Assembly: GCA_050273025.1 (NCBI GenBank)
Contig: CP158635.1
Location: 15,686,001-15,750,000 of the forward strand
From: Cenococcum geophilum
Lineage: Eukaryota
Direction of reading: 5' to 3'
Length of the DNA stretch: 64,000 nt
Shown: positions 14,438 to 26,338 of the stretch, piece by piece
Layout of the letters: the number at the start of each line of letters is the position of its first letter
Position numbering within the stretch: position 1 is the stretch's first letter
The notes under the pieces: model-generated
What the model saw: the letters and a program-made list of their open reading frames with translations, nothing else
Told to the model about the DNA's origin: nothing
The model's database searches: none
Position numbers and translations under genes: made by a program

Positions 14438-14727
14438 AGAGATTTCTTATAAGGAAAGATATTTATAATTATAATTTTATCTTTTAGCATTTATTAAGAA
14501 TTAAGGCGTTAATTAGGATTTCTTTAGCTTAGTATTTTGTTTCTATCTAGTTACTTCTATATTAAGAATATCTCGTTATTATTTACGTATAAAGGAACAA
14601 GTTTTTACATATTAGATTAAAGTTAGAGAGACTTACTTATAATACAGAGGTGCGTTTTAAAAGTCTTTGCCGCCAAGAAATTGACTACCTTAGCTTACCG
14701 CCTTCTAAATCTAGATATCCTCCCATT

Positions 14728-14910
14728 CTAGGGTGCAAGTTAACTCTAAATTTTATATTAATAGGGTGGGAATATTAAGAATAAATATAGGATCTACCCC
14801 TTAATATTAGCCTAAGTTTTAACTAAAAATAAGATCTTGTTTTAAGAACTAGATCCAATTCTAAAAACCATATTTTAATTTTAAAGACTATATTCCAATT
14901 CTAGGTTCTA
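14728..14910 (+). repeat. ~185-bp dispersed repeat; second copy at ~36461-36645, where it is followed by an imperfect inverted arm at ~36770-36815 (MITE-like)
   Basis: CTAGGGTGCAAGTT..GGTGGGAATATTAAGAATAAATATAG..GATCCAATTCTAAAAACC is shared by both loci. Confidence 0.85.
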
Positions 14911-15899
14911 GCTTAAATTATAATCCTAAAAACCAGATCCGGTAAATAGCCCTATAAGCGTAGCTATAAGTCTAAGCCCCCTCACGTAACTTAACTACCC
15001 TACCCCACTACACTAAAATAGACAAATAACCGCTATATATAATACGCAGAGTTCTCCCTTAACGCAAGGTAGATTAATAAAAGTTATTATACCACCTATA
15101 TAAGGCGGAGCGCTTATAAAGGGCTTAGCTAAAATGCTAATTAAACCACCCTATAACATACTAATAGCTCCTTTACTATAGATGGGGAGTAAATATATAA
15201 GGTTAACTAGCTAAGATAAGTCTACTGCTTAAGCAGTGTCCGGCTCTATAAAGGGTGGGCGTTAGAAGTGGATTATATAATACTATTCCTACTAGGTAAG
15301 GCGTTATTAGGGGGTCATTATTGGCTTCTAGTTCTAGTTTATAACTTCATATAAACGCCTCTAAACCCTACACTATTAGGGCTATCTAAAAGCTAAGTTA
15401 CCTATTTACCTTATCTTAACCTTAGGCTAGACTTATTAGCTATTAATTTGTTAAGGCGATAGGAAGTTACATTAAGGCGTATAATAGGGCTTAAGTAAAG
15501 CTATATAACTAGATAGGCATTACTATACAAAGTAACGCTTAACCAGCTGCCTCTATATCGCCGTCTTGAAATAATTAAAAGAAAGGGGTTAATATTAGCC
15601 CTTACCGTTTAATATAACCCTCCTATAAAGGCATAGCAAAGTAGGGTATAGATAGGGAAGGATTATGCTCCTATCGTGGCTATATTATAATATATTTATA
15701 ATACTATACTAGTATCCCTAAGTTAGTAAATCGGCTCAACTTTTAAGGTATAGTTAAAGCAGAGCCTACCGTCAGCTTTTCTATTAGCTAAGTAGTAGAG
15801 AGGAGTAGGATATAAAAGGCCTTTATATCCTTTAACTAAACCTATATTAAGTATAGTATCATTTAAGGAAATCCCTCCTTACTTTCTTATAAAGACACT

Positions 15900-16800
15900 C
15901 CATAACCTTACCGGCACTAGCCACTCTAAAATACTTCCAGTCTTAGCCCTAAGAGTTTAAATAAGCCTCAGTTTTAAGTCCTTAAGTTAAGCGAATAGTC
16001 CTTATAGTGGGAGTAATGCCTTTTTATTAACTAGCTAGTTATCTTAGCCATAGTTATAATCTCTACAGCTATATACTGCTAAGGTAAGTAATAGTAACTT
16101 ATACCTTACTTAACCGCTTCTAGTCCTTCTGCCATACTATATTAGGTATAGCATCTTCTATAGCGGCGGAGACTTCTTAGGCAAAGCTGACGTACTTTTT
16201 AGCGGGGCGCTCTTTCTCCTCCTTATCTTCCCCGGATATTCTCTACCACTTCCTCCTATATAGTATAGTTAGAGGGCTTTTAGTAAATAGCGGTAGTATT
16301 AGGAGCTAGTCTACTTAGCGTGGCCTTTATAGCCTCTAGGGCTGGTCTAGTGCTACTACTAGTTTCCCTAAACCAATTCTAGCGTTAGTATTATTACCGC
16401 CTTTATCTTTATTATTGTTATTATTATCGCTACCATCATTAGAAGTGGCCCCCTCAAACTCTTCCTGCGCCTTTAATTTGGCCTTACGCTTCTCTTTAAC
16501 CTCTAGTGGCGTGTGCCCTATAGGCTATTTATTAGCGGCGCTATAATATATAATACTTCTATATATCTATTTAGTAATAACCGTATTAAGGTGCTATTTA
16601 AGTACAGTAGTAAATTAGTTATTATAGGCTTTCTAGGATACCGGTATACCCGCGTAAGAAATAAGGTAGGCACCTTAAGTAGCAACAATGTTAAGGCAGT
16701 CCTACAAGTTCGCACTATTATTATTTTAATAGGCCGTAATGCAAAACTAAATCAAAAGGATATAGGCTTACGATAAGCAGATCTTAGCTGGCCGTGGTAA
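15900..16800 (-). pseudogene. Orphan acidic protein relic with introns
   Basis: Minus-strand frame GHTPLEVKEKRKAKLKAQEEFEGATSNDGSD.. (16400-16520), preceded by GT..AG-bounded segments. Boundaries approximate. Confidence 0.4.
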
Positions 16801-17200
16801 TAGGTGGGCTATCTAGCCGCGATATTATAGCCAGTAATAGCTATGCAGGATATTACAAGTTGGGCTATTTTAAGTAGAGGTTAGGAAGGTAAGCCTTTAA
16901 ATAAGGTTAGAAATCCATAAGTCAGCACAGGCGCGGCGAAAAGGCGTTATTACGTGATCTAATATATAGGGTATAATAAGGGGGTAGCACGAATCCCTAA
17001 CTAGTTGTGGCCATTTTCCTTATAAACCCAGGCCTAAGTATAGTTAGAAGCGATAGAATATAGGGCAGCGGCATTATTGTTAAGAGAAATGGGAATTTAA
17101 TTACTATAGGCACTAAATACGGTATATATACTAGTGCTACTAGTCTCTCTCTTATATAACTATAATATACTAGCCAAGCGGCCTTTTAAATAACACTTAC

Positions 17201-19032
17201 TTATACCTCCCTATCTTTAAGGCTATACTCTAACCGTTATCTCTTTACCTACGGAGATTTAGGTAGTAGTGGGCCCTAAGCTAGGTGCTAGAGAACCTTA
17301 TTAATATTAGGGCGCTACGTATAGTTATTTACTACCTATTAGTATCTTACTATCTTAATAAAGAGACCGCCGACTATAAGTTTAGATTAGCCTATTTGCT
17401 ACTAAAAGCCATTAAAGCTCTATAATGTGGAACACTTATAATATATATAGCCTCTAGCCGGCGACGCGTACGCACTCTTATAATCCCTAGCTATTTTATC
17501 AATAATATTTTAATAACTCTTCTAGAAGGAAGGGCGTAGCTTCTTATTATTTTTACTATCGCGCTATAGGTTAATAGAGAACTTCTATAGGTAATAGTTA
17601 TACATTAGCTTAAATAAGATAATGCCTATAGACCAAATATTAATAGAGTAGTTATAATCCTCTAGCTTAAGCTCGGGAGCGAAATAGCTAATTATACTAA
17701 CTATGCCTAGCTTAGGTCGTAATAACCCACCTACCTAAATATGCCTGGATATGCCAATATCTAGCAGGACGGAACGGAGCGGCTTGCCAATAAGGCTAAT
17801 ATTAGTCAGCTTTAGGTCGCGGTACAGCTAGCGTCCATTATATATAACTTTAATACCTAGTAATACAGCGCGGAATACAGTTACCGCCTCTATTATTATA
17901 CCCTTATACCCTCTATCAAGCTTATACATTAGCTATATTCTCTTAAATTATAATTTTAAGAATATAAGAGGCTTACCCCTTACTCTAAGTCCCTACTAAG
18001 TCGCTAAAGGTCTGGGGTGTTATTAGCTTTAGGATAATAGCAATATTATTAAAGGCCATCTTAGAGGAGAACTCTATACCGTTAGAGTAGATCACCTCTA
18101 CTATACACAGAATTCGCTTACCATCATCTAACTTTTATATAAGATTAGTCACTTCCCAAAGTATCTTAATCTCTTTATCCACACTATAACAATTTTAGAA
18201 AGTCCACTTTACTACTTTAATAGCGGCCACATTGGCTAACTAATCTAAGGTAAAGAATACTCTTCTATAACCGCCCGTACCTAAAACATCTCCTAGTGTC
18301 TACCTACCCATTATTTTCTTATTAGGGAGTAGGGTTAGCATCTTAATATTAATACTAGTAGCCGCCGGCCCGCTAAGAGCGCGAGCTATATAGCGTCTAC
18401 GCGCTTCCTTAAAGTTATCTTTAGTAGCAAATTCCGTTTACTAAAAGTAGTATTTAAGCTTATTAAGCAGTATCTTTATACTATACTAGTTTAAGTAATA
18501 CGGCTACCACGTAGCTATATTACTATTAACTATTAGCTACACCAATAGAGACCTAGAACAGCCTATAATATAAAGGCCCTTACTTTTAGGAAAGAAGTTA
18601 AACCGCATATAGGGGTTCTGGAGGTTAATATTATACGACTTTATAAAAGACCTAGTACAGAGGAGTAAGTTAATGGGCATATTTTCTAAGGGGCTCTTTC
18701 CTACCACCTATCCCCTCTCTAGTATAGCCGGCAGAGACTATAGCCCTAGCAGATAATAGCTAACCCAGACTATACCGAGCTTTTAAAGCTACTTCTTAGT
18801 ATTAATATCTAGCTCCGTAAGGGTTTCGCTCGCTTTACTATTAATATTATACTTAGTGCGTTCTATCTTACATTAAAGGCGAACTATCTTATTATTATAT
18901 ATCTACTTAGGCTTAAGCGCTATCTACCTAGTTGTTCTAGCGCCAAGACATAAGGGCGTTATAAACATTGCTAAATACTAGCTTAGTAAGGGCATTCATA
19001 AGTATAAGGGACGTAAAGGCGTGGTCTAATAT
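17201..19032 (-). pseudogene. Ser/Thr protein kinase with an N-terminal extension (possibly degenerate FHA-like); RIP-inactivated
   Basis: LGDVLGTGG(Y)GRVF, AAIKVV, L(H)RDLK(P)TNI (~17800-17830), VLLDIG, YFAPEL, (D)IWSMGII. The N-terminal part has GWVVGK..IDLLLC. Putative start ATA (from ATG) at 19032. Confidence 0.88.
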
Positions 19033-19477
19033 TTAATAATAGATAGGGTGCTTATAGCAGACTCTAATAAGGGATATAAGCTTTAGAATGCCGTGGGAAA
19101 TATACACCTTTTTAAATATAACTACTAATTATAGAACCCCTTCCTAGCGGTTCCGTAACATAGAGACAGCCAGACTATAACTACTTAATCTTACTTCCTT
19201 TAGTAGGTATAAGATATAAAACGTCTATATATAGCATCTTTAGCGTATTGCGGTTATCTTACCTTCTACTAAAGTAAGGTAAGCTAATACTAGGGACATA
19301 CCCTGCCCTAGGTACTATAAAAGGTAGGGTTTAAGCTTAATAAGTTAGAATCTACCTAGTAGAAAAGGATCTTTAAATCCTTAGGGCCTTTACTAGCTAG
19401 CTTCTTAGCCTATTATTATAGCCGGAACATATAAGGCTAAAGCCGGACATCACTAATTCGTTAATAATATAGGTCCC

Positions 19478-19635
19478 CACCTTACTTTACTTTTGCTCTA
19501 CTTTACTTTACTTTACGTACTTATACTTTACTTTACTTCTCCTATCCCCTATAGTACGGCATATGCCCCTCCCCCCTACACTACTACTTTCCTTCTCCTA
19601 TACTCTACTTTACTCTACTTTACTTTACTTTACCT
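19478..19635 (+). repeat. (TTTAC)n low-complexity tract; inverted counterpart at ~21152-21243
   Basis: GCTCTACTTTACTTTACTTTACGTAC is present here and as the exact reverse complement near 21208-21233. Confidence 0.85.
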
Positions 19636-20384
19636 AACCGACCTAATTATACCTTTAATATCGCGCCTATCTAGTATATATATCGCCCTACTTAGCAAAG
19701 TAAAAGTTTACTATAGGTAGCTATATAAGTGGTTGCCTTTCTATTAGGACTTTTTAAAAAGTGCCCGTTTTACTAGTAAAACCGTGTCTAAAACTTCCAA
19801 TCTTTACGGGTTGTAGTCGCTTTAGGGTTTAGCTCTATATATAAAATACTACTAACTAACTAAGTTACTTTAGGGCCACAGACCTATAGCGGCGGCTATT
19901 AAGACTCTATTAATAAGATTCGCTTCTACGTCCTAGTATAGATAGAAAGACGCTAGTCGCGAATAACGTTATACAGAATAATACGGCACTTTAGTAGCTA
20001 ATCTAAAATAAGGTAAGTCTTATCTTAAACCCCTATTCCCTATATACCCCTCCCCCTTAAAGAGCACCAATAATTAGTACGTTAGTTCCCATCTACTAAC
20101 CCTATAATACTTAGAGACTAAGAGGTTAGAATAGGTTAGTTTTCCTCTCTTTAAAAGGGCCTTCCGCAGGGGCGAAAGCTTTACGGCGTAGTAGTTAGGG
20201 TACATAGCGAGAACGGCGCGGTATAGGTAGGCGGTAAGATATACAGCAACGTTAAAACGGAAAATATAGAGATAGGGCGGTATCTTAAGGACGAGTATTT
20301 CCTTATTGTTATAGACGCTAGCAACTAGTATATAACACTAGGTAGGCCAACGTATTATCTTATATTAATGTAATAAAACATACT

Positions 20385-21114
20385 ACTAGCTTTATTCCGC
20401 TGGCTAAATATAAGTAGCCTCCCTCTATATACCGTGCTCTATAACTACCTTTATAATGCCTAGGCCGAACTTCATCCTTATACCCTATTCCGCCAGTCTA
20501 AACTTAATAGAGGGTAAAAAGCACTTATTAAATAAGCAGTTAATCTACACTAGTGCGTCTATATATTTGTCCTTTAAAAAATCTAGTAAATCATATAGGG
20601 GCATTATTAGAGACATCCCTCCCTACGGCATCGCCCTATAGGGTAGATTGTCGTAGCGTTCTATCTCTTAGTCTAGGCTCTCTAGCCAGTTTAGCGGTAT
20701 AGGGAGCCAAGCGGCGTAGTACTTAATCGCCCAAGCCAGGCCCTCTAGCTTAGCCACAGTACGCCACTAATTAGAGATAGCATTAGCGTAGATATCAGTA
20801 GTTATAGCGCGTGCCCGTTTACCGCGTAGGTTTTAGCATAATTTACTAAGCGCATTTAGGGTAGTACTAATAGCGCATAGGAAGAAGACTTTAAAGGAAA
20901 TAGATAAGAGCTTAACAAGGATCGTCCTAGCTTTTTTATAGTAATTATTGCCAATAATCATATCTAGGTCCTCCCTAATAACAGCTACTACCTTTAATAG
21001 CCTATTTTCCTTAAGATCTTCTAGGGGGGAGAATCCGCTTAAAACCCTCCAAATCCCGTTGTCGAGCACGGCAATAAGGCTAGTGTAGTCTATAAGCGTA
21101 GGGGTAGAAGCCAT
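20385..21114 (-). pseudogene. Orphan protein relic (MASTPTLIDYTSLIAVLDNGIW...)
   Basis: ORF 20833-21114 starts at an intact ATG and continues in frame through RIP-type stops to ~20385. Confidence 0.5.
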
Positions 21115-24100
21115 AAAGCCATCTATAGAAAGGCTTAAATAGTAGGGAGAAGAAAAGTAAGTAAAGTAAAGTGAAGTAAGGTAGATAAAGTGAGGTAAAG
21201 TAGGTAGGTACGTAAAGTAAAGTAAAGTAGAGCGAAGTAGAGTGATAATATAACGCTATATAGTAGCTATATATTAGTCTATACCCCCTATTAAGAGGGC
21301 TAATATAGCTAAACCAGCTATAAGTTTTAAAGGAACCACCCCGTCTAAAAGAGATTAGAATTCTAAGTTTTTTATTATATAATTGCTTGCGAATCAGGCT
21401 CCGATTTTTATACATACTATAGTAGATTTTTGCACTTTGCGCTAACGACTAATATAGGGTCCTAGAAGAGATTGTGTAAAAGTATAATACGAAGTTTTAT
21501 AAGGCTTACTAAGAACTGCGAGAACTATATAGCGCTAACCATTTATAATAGGGCGGGCAGTGCAAGTACCGGAAACGCCGACAAGCTATTACCTTTAATT
21601 GTAATAAAGGGCAAGTTTACTTAAGACTTAGGGGCCAGAACCTAGAGCCTAGTCCTATTACGGTAAATTACTAATAGATATTTAATTGGCCCTTTTCTTA
21701 AGCTAGTCTAGTTTTCACTTAGCCCTCTAGAGAGGGTATATCTATACACCCTTAGCTGCTAATATAAGTAGCTGTATAGGAGGGTCTAAGATCTACAAAG
21801 GTAGATAATTCTAATTCGCACTTAATAGGAGGCCTTAATATCCGCTTAGCGGATATATTTACTAGTATTAACGCGGGCGTCTAAGGGTCGATTAGCGTTA
21901 TATTTATGCTAGGAGTAGGCAGTTTAATTGCAGACTTTTATAAGGTTCTCTATAGTTAATCTAAGCTTATATATAGTAAGGGCTAGGAGAAGAGAGCGGT
22001 AGAGAAAAGGGATTAATTTTAGGGGGATGTGATTTTTAATAGTGGTTATTTTTAGTGGTCTCTAAAAGGGTTCTATTTAGAATGTTTTTAACCTTACGAC
22101 AAAATTAGGTACTCTATTTTTAGTCTCCTAAAAGCCTTAAGCTCCTAGGATTAATTCTTTAAGGAGCCTCTAAGTCTAAGTAGCTAAGTCCTAGTAATAG
22201 TCTCCTAGTAGTCCTAAACCTAAAATTAAGCTCTTAGGAACCTAAGGCTCCTAGGAGAATTAGTCTTTTAGGAGCCTTAAGTTCCTAGGGAATATATTCT
22301 TAGGAGTTCCACAGCACCTTATAACGGAATAATTATTTCTCCTAGGATTACATCCCTTCTAGAATTGGCCCTCTTAGACCGAGAGCCCTCCCAAGATTAA
22401 ATCTCTTAGACATTAAGCCCTTTTAAAAGCTTTACCCAGATAACTAGGAGCCGAGTGCTAGTAATAGCAGCCTATAAAAATTATACAGCTAAAGAAATAT
22501 ACTACCTATAGAAAGTATACGGCCACTACGCCTAAGAGCAACTTATGGCCTAGGAGCATTACCCTAAGAGTAATTTATTTCTAATAGCCTTTCCTATTAT
22601 ATAGCCCTATTATTTTTAGCAAAATATTTAATAACATTTAAGCTCTTGGCCGGGGCATCTAGAGGGGAAATATCCTCTTAGGATGCTTACTAACTAAACC
22701 CATAGTGGAATAGCCTGCTTAGCGCTATGCCCTATTATTTATAGCGGATAAGACAGTATCCCAGTATACATTTGGATTTAAGGTCGCTTATATATATCTA
22801 TATACCCCCTAATAATATAAGTATTCTATTTATTTATATTATACTAAAGCTATATAACACAAATTTATTAGAATATATATATATTACTAGCTAATAGACA
22901 GTAGACTAGTTAGCACTGGACAAAGCTACGTATCGTATTTGTTCAATCCATCTCCGGCACTTTACACGGGTAAGCCTTATAATGCAGAACCCTTTAGCGA
23001 AACCTAAGTTATACCCGCAACTCCCATAGGCCCTCCTAAGTCAAGAAAGAGAAAGGCTCTAACATTATATGCCGACACTTGGGAGCCGTACAAAGCTTAA
23101 ATTATAGAGCTTTATATTACGCAAGGGCTACCGCTTCGGGAAGTTAAGAAGACGATTGAGAGGGACTTTGGATTTACCGCTGAGTATATTACTCTTTTTA
23201 AGATAGAGTAAGACAGGCTTATATGCTGATACGATTGTGCTCTAAAGGCTACAATAATATTGAACGCGCATAAGCCAATGGGACCTGGACAAGAATATTA
23301 AGCCAGAGGAGATGAAAGCAATTGTTAGGAAAAGATAGCGAAGGACACTCGTTAAGGACGACAAAAGGGAGCTGGTCTTCACAGTTAGGGACAGTATAGT
23401 GGATCCGCAGAAGATCAACCGATGGATAAAGAGGAACGACGTTCCTGGAAGCTTCTTGTATGCCCCTAGCCCCGCCGTATGTAAGTTAACGTGTGACGGA
23501 TATTGCCTATATACAACTACTGACATACTAAAGCCACCCCTTCAGCTGTATGTTGTCGAACTGTTTCCGAACGCGGTTCTCCGGTTCTAAGTCCCACATA
23601 TTCAGCCCCAATCTTCCCACCAGGAGGCATTCTTTCTGCTATACAGAGTCCTCAACCTTTCTCTCCTACCCTTTTAGTGTCCAGCATAGTTCGGCCTCAA
23701 GGCAGCACTTTCACTAGGCAGAGTCCAGCTCCTATCCATCGATCTCTTCCAAGCTTGCTTCCAGGCTCTCTAGACGCTTTCCCAGGCCAATTAGCATTAG
23801 TACAGCCGTACCTCCCTAGATCTATGCTACCGCTAGAAATAGGATATATTATAACAGATTCTATATGGTATTGGTATAAACAAATAGACGAAGAGTGTCT
23901 ACGAGAAGAACTACCTAGAATGGAAATTTTGTATAGAACTAACCACTCTGAAACCTTAGGCATATTATCTAAATTAGGTAATATGCTTATAGACCAAGGA
24001 AGATGCAAGTCCGTAGAGGAAGTGATTTGTAGATTAGTAGAAGGTCGCCGAAATGTAGACGGAAATGATAATATCAATACACTTAATGCCTTAAAGCTCC

Positions 24101-24179
24101 TTAGAGAAGTATTAGGCCATTAAAGACGCTATGCTAAAGCTAAGAAACTATACTAAAGAACATTTAAGTCCAGAAAGGC

Positions 24180-25600
24180 TATACTAGGAGAGGTGTATCT
24201 AGATACGCTCACTAGTGTTAATAACCTTAGGTTAGTACTAGAGAGCTAGGGGAAGTATAAAGAGGCGGAAGCGATATACCGGCGAGCACTAGAAAGAAGG
24301 GAGAAGGTACTTAGGCTAGAGCACCTATATACGCTTACTAGCGTCAGCTACCTTAGGTCGGTATTAAAGAGCTAGGGTAAGTATAAAGAGGCGGAAGCGA
24401 TATACTAGCGAGCACTAAAAGGCGAGGAGAAGGTACTTAGGCTAGAGCACCTAGATACGCTTACTAGCGTCTATAACCTTAGGTTAGTATTATTAAGCTA
24501 GGGCAAGTATAAAGAGGTAGAAGCGATGCACTAGCGAGCACTAAAAGGATATAAGAAGGTACTTAGGCCAGAGCACCTATATACGCTCACTAGCGTTAGT
24601 AACCTTAGGTTAGTGTTATTAAGGTAGGGCAAGTATAAAGAGGCGGGAGTAATGCACTGGCGAGCACTAAAAGGATATAAGAAGGTACTTAGGCTAGAGC
24701 ACCCATATACGCTCACCAGTGTCAGTAACCTTAGGTCAGTATTATTAAAGTAGGGCAAGTATAAAGAGGTAGAAGGGATGCACTAGCGAGCACTAAAAGA
24801 TAGGGAGAAGGCACTTAGGCCAGAGCACCTATATACGCTCACTAGCGTCGGTAACCTTGGGTTAGTATTGTCGAGGTAAGGCAAGTATAAAGAGGCGGAA
24901 GCGATGCACTAGCGAGCACTAAAAGGTAGGGAGAAGGCACTTGGGCCAGAGCACCTATATACGCTTACCAGCGTTAGCTACCTTAAGTCAGTATTAAAGA
25001 GCTAAGGTAAGTATAAAGAGGTAGAAGCGATATACTAGTAAGATCTAGAAGGATCTAAGAAGGTATTTAGGCTAAAGTACCTAAACACGCTTACTAGCGT
25101 TAGTAACCTTAAGTCGGTATTAGAGAACTAGGGCAAGTATAAAGAGGCGGAAGCGATATACTAGCGAGCACTAAAAGGATATAAGAAGGTACTTAGGCTA
25201 GAGTACCTATATACGCTCACTAGCGTCAGCTACCTTAGGTTAGTATTATTAAGATAGGGTAAGTATAAAGAGGCGGAAGTAATGCACTAGCGAGCACTAA
25301 AAGGCGGGGAGAAGGTACTTAGGCTAGAGCACCTAGATACGCTTACTAGCGTTAGCTACCTTAGGTCGGTATTATTAAGGCAGGGTAAGTATAAAGAGGC
25401 AAAAAAGATGCACTAGCGAGCACTAAAAGGTAGGGAGAAGGTACTTAGGCCAGAGCACCTATATACGCTCACTAGCGTTAGTAAGCTTAGGTCAATATTA
25501 TTAATCTAGAGTAAGTATAAAGAGGCGGAAGTGATGTATAAGCACTAGGATGGGAGAAGATACTTAGGCTAGAGTACCTATATACGCTTACCAGCGTATA
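24180..25600 (+). repeat. 11 tandem 126-bp TPR-coding repeats with high internal identity
   Basis: GxAAGTATAAAGAGG recurs at 24250, 24376, 24502, 24628, 24754, 24880, 25006, 25132, 25258, 25384 and 25510, an exact 126-bp period. Confidence 0.95.
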
Positions 25601-25713
25601 TTATCTAGCTTTTCTCTTTTATTACTAGGAGTAGCGTAAATCTATATTTAAATTTTACTAGAGAGTATATAATAGCTATAACAGAACTCTTAGATTACAA
25701 TATCCTATTACTA

Positions 25714-26001
25714 TCCCTTAACCCGCTAGAATGCGTTCTACTATTATTAATAAGAACTAGCTAATTAGATTAACCAAATTGAATTATTATAGGAGTAAAA
25801 TCGGGCAGCGGCCATGGCTTTGGTGGTGGCTTTTTAGTATATTAATTCGGCTAAACGTTATATTAAGTTGGTTAAATAAGGTTTATATTATTAAAAGTAT
25901 AATTAGAAAGCATTATTAGTAGTAATTAGCCATATATATTATTTTTATTTTAGCGTTTAAGCACGGACTAGCTTCTGGTAGGACGCTAGTAGGTTAAGAA
26001 A
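25714..26001. mobile_element. ~290-bp MITE-like insertion in the TPR gene 3' end
   Basis: Imperfect TIRs TCCCTTAACCCGCTAG / CTAGTAGGTTAAGAAA with an AT/TA dinucleotide junction. Removing it rejoins YPIT-I-VCFS. The same TIR family forms the hairpin at 34443-34565. Confidence 0.75.
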
Positions 26002-26284
26002 TAGTATGCTTTAGCTATTACTCGTTAATAGTAGAGGAGATAAAGTCTTAGTAACTGTTAAGCCTATTTAGATACAAGGAATAACGTATAGAGTTATTTT
26101 ATTTTTATTTCCCTATCTCCCAAATTTTCCCTTTTAAAGCTTATATTTAATAGATATAATATATAGAATTTATATATTATAAAGTATAACGGCTATATAC
26201 GATAATATATACCAGGTACTTAACCTATTACGTTATAGACTTTAATTTACTAATTTTAGGTAGGGTTACGTAGCGTATCTCTAG

Positions 26285-26326
26285 TACTAGTAAGGAGGGC
26301 GGCCGAACCGCTCCGGCTATACTCTT
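26285..26326 (+). repeat. ~45-bp GC-rich dispersed motif, copy 1 of 7 (retro-target motif)
   Basis: Consensus CTAG(C/T)AGGGAGGGTGGCCGACCCGCTCTGGCCACACCCTTG. Other copies: 27626-27672(-), 34918-34965(+), 41596-41643(-), 50868-50915(+), 55404-55447(-), 61260-61303(-). Confidence 0.9.
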
Positions 26327-26338
26327 AAGGATATAGCC

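Larger units (their letters stand above)
22980..26051 (+). pseudogene. Clr5-domain protein with a C-terminal array of 42-aa TPRs (kinesin-light-chain type), no NTPase domain; RIP-inactivated and MITE-interrupted
   Basis: RKRKA..WEPYKA(R)IIELHITQGLPLREVKKTIERDFGFTA / RTRISQWDLDKNIKPEEMKAIVRK matches the Clr5 pattern. A Ser/Pro-rich linker follows, then TPR units HPxTLTSVxxLGSVLxxQGKYEEAEAMHxRALxGxEKVLG. The C-terminus CFSHYSLMVEEMKS* ends at 26051. Confidence 0.85.
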
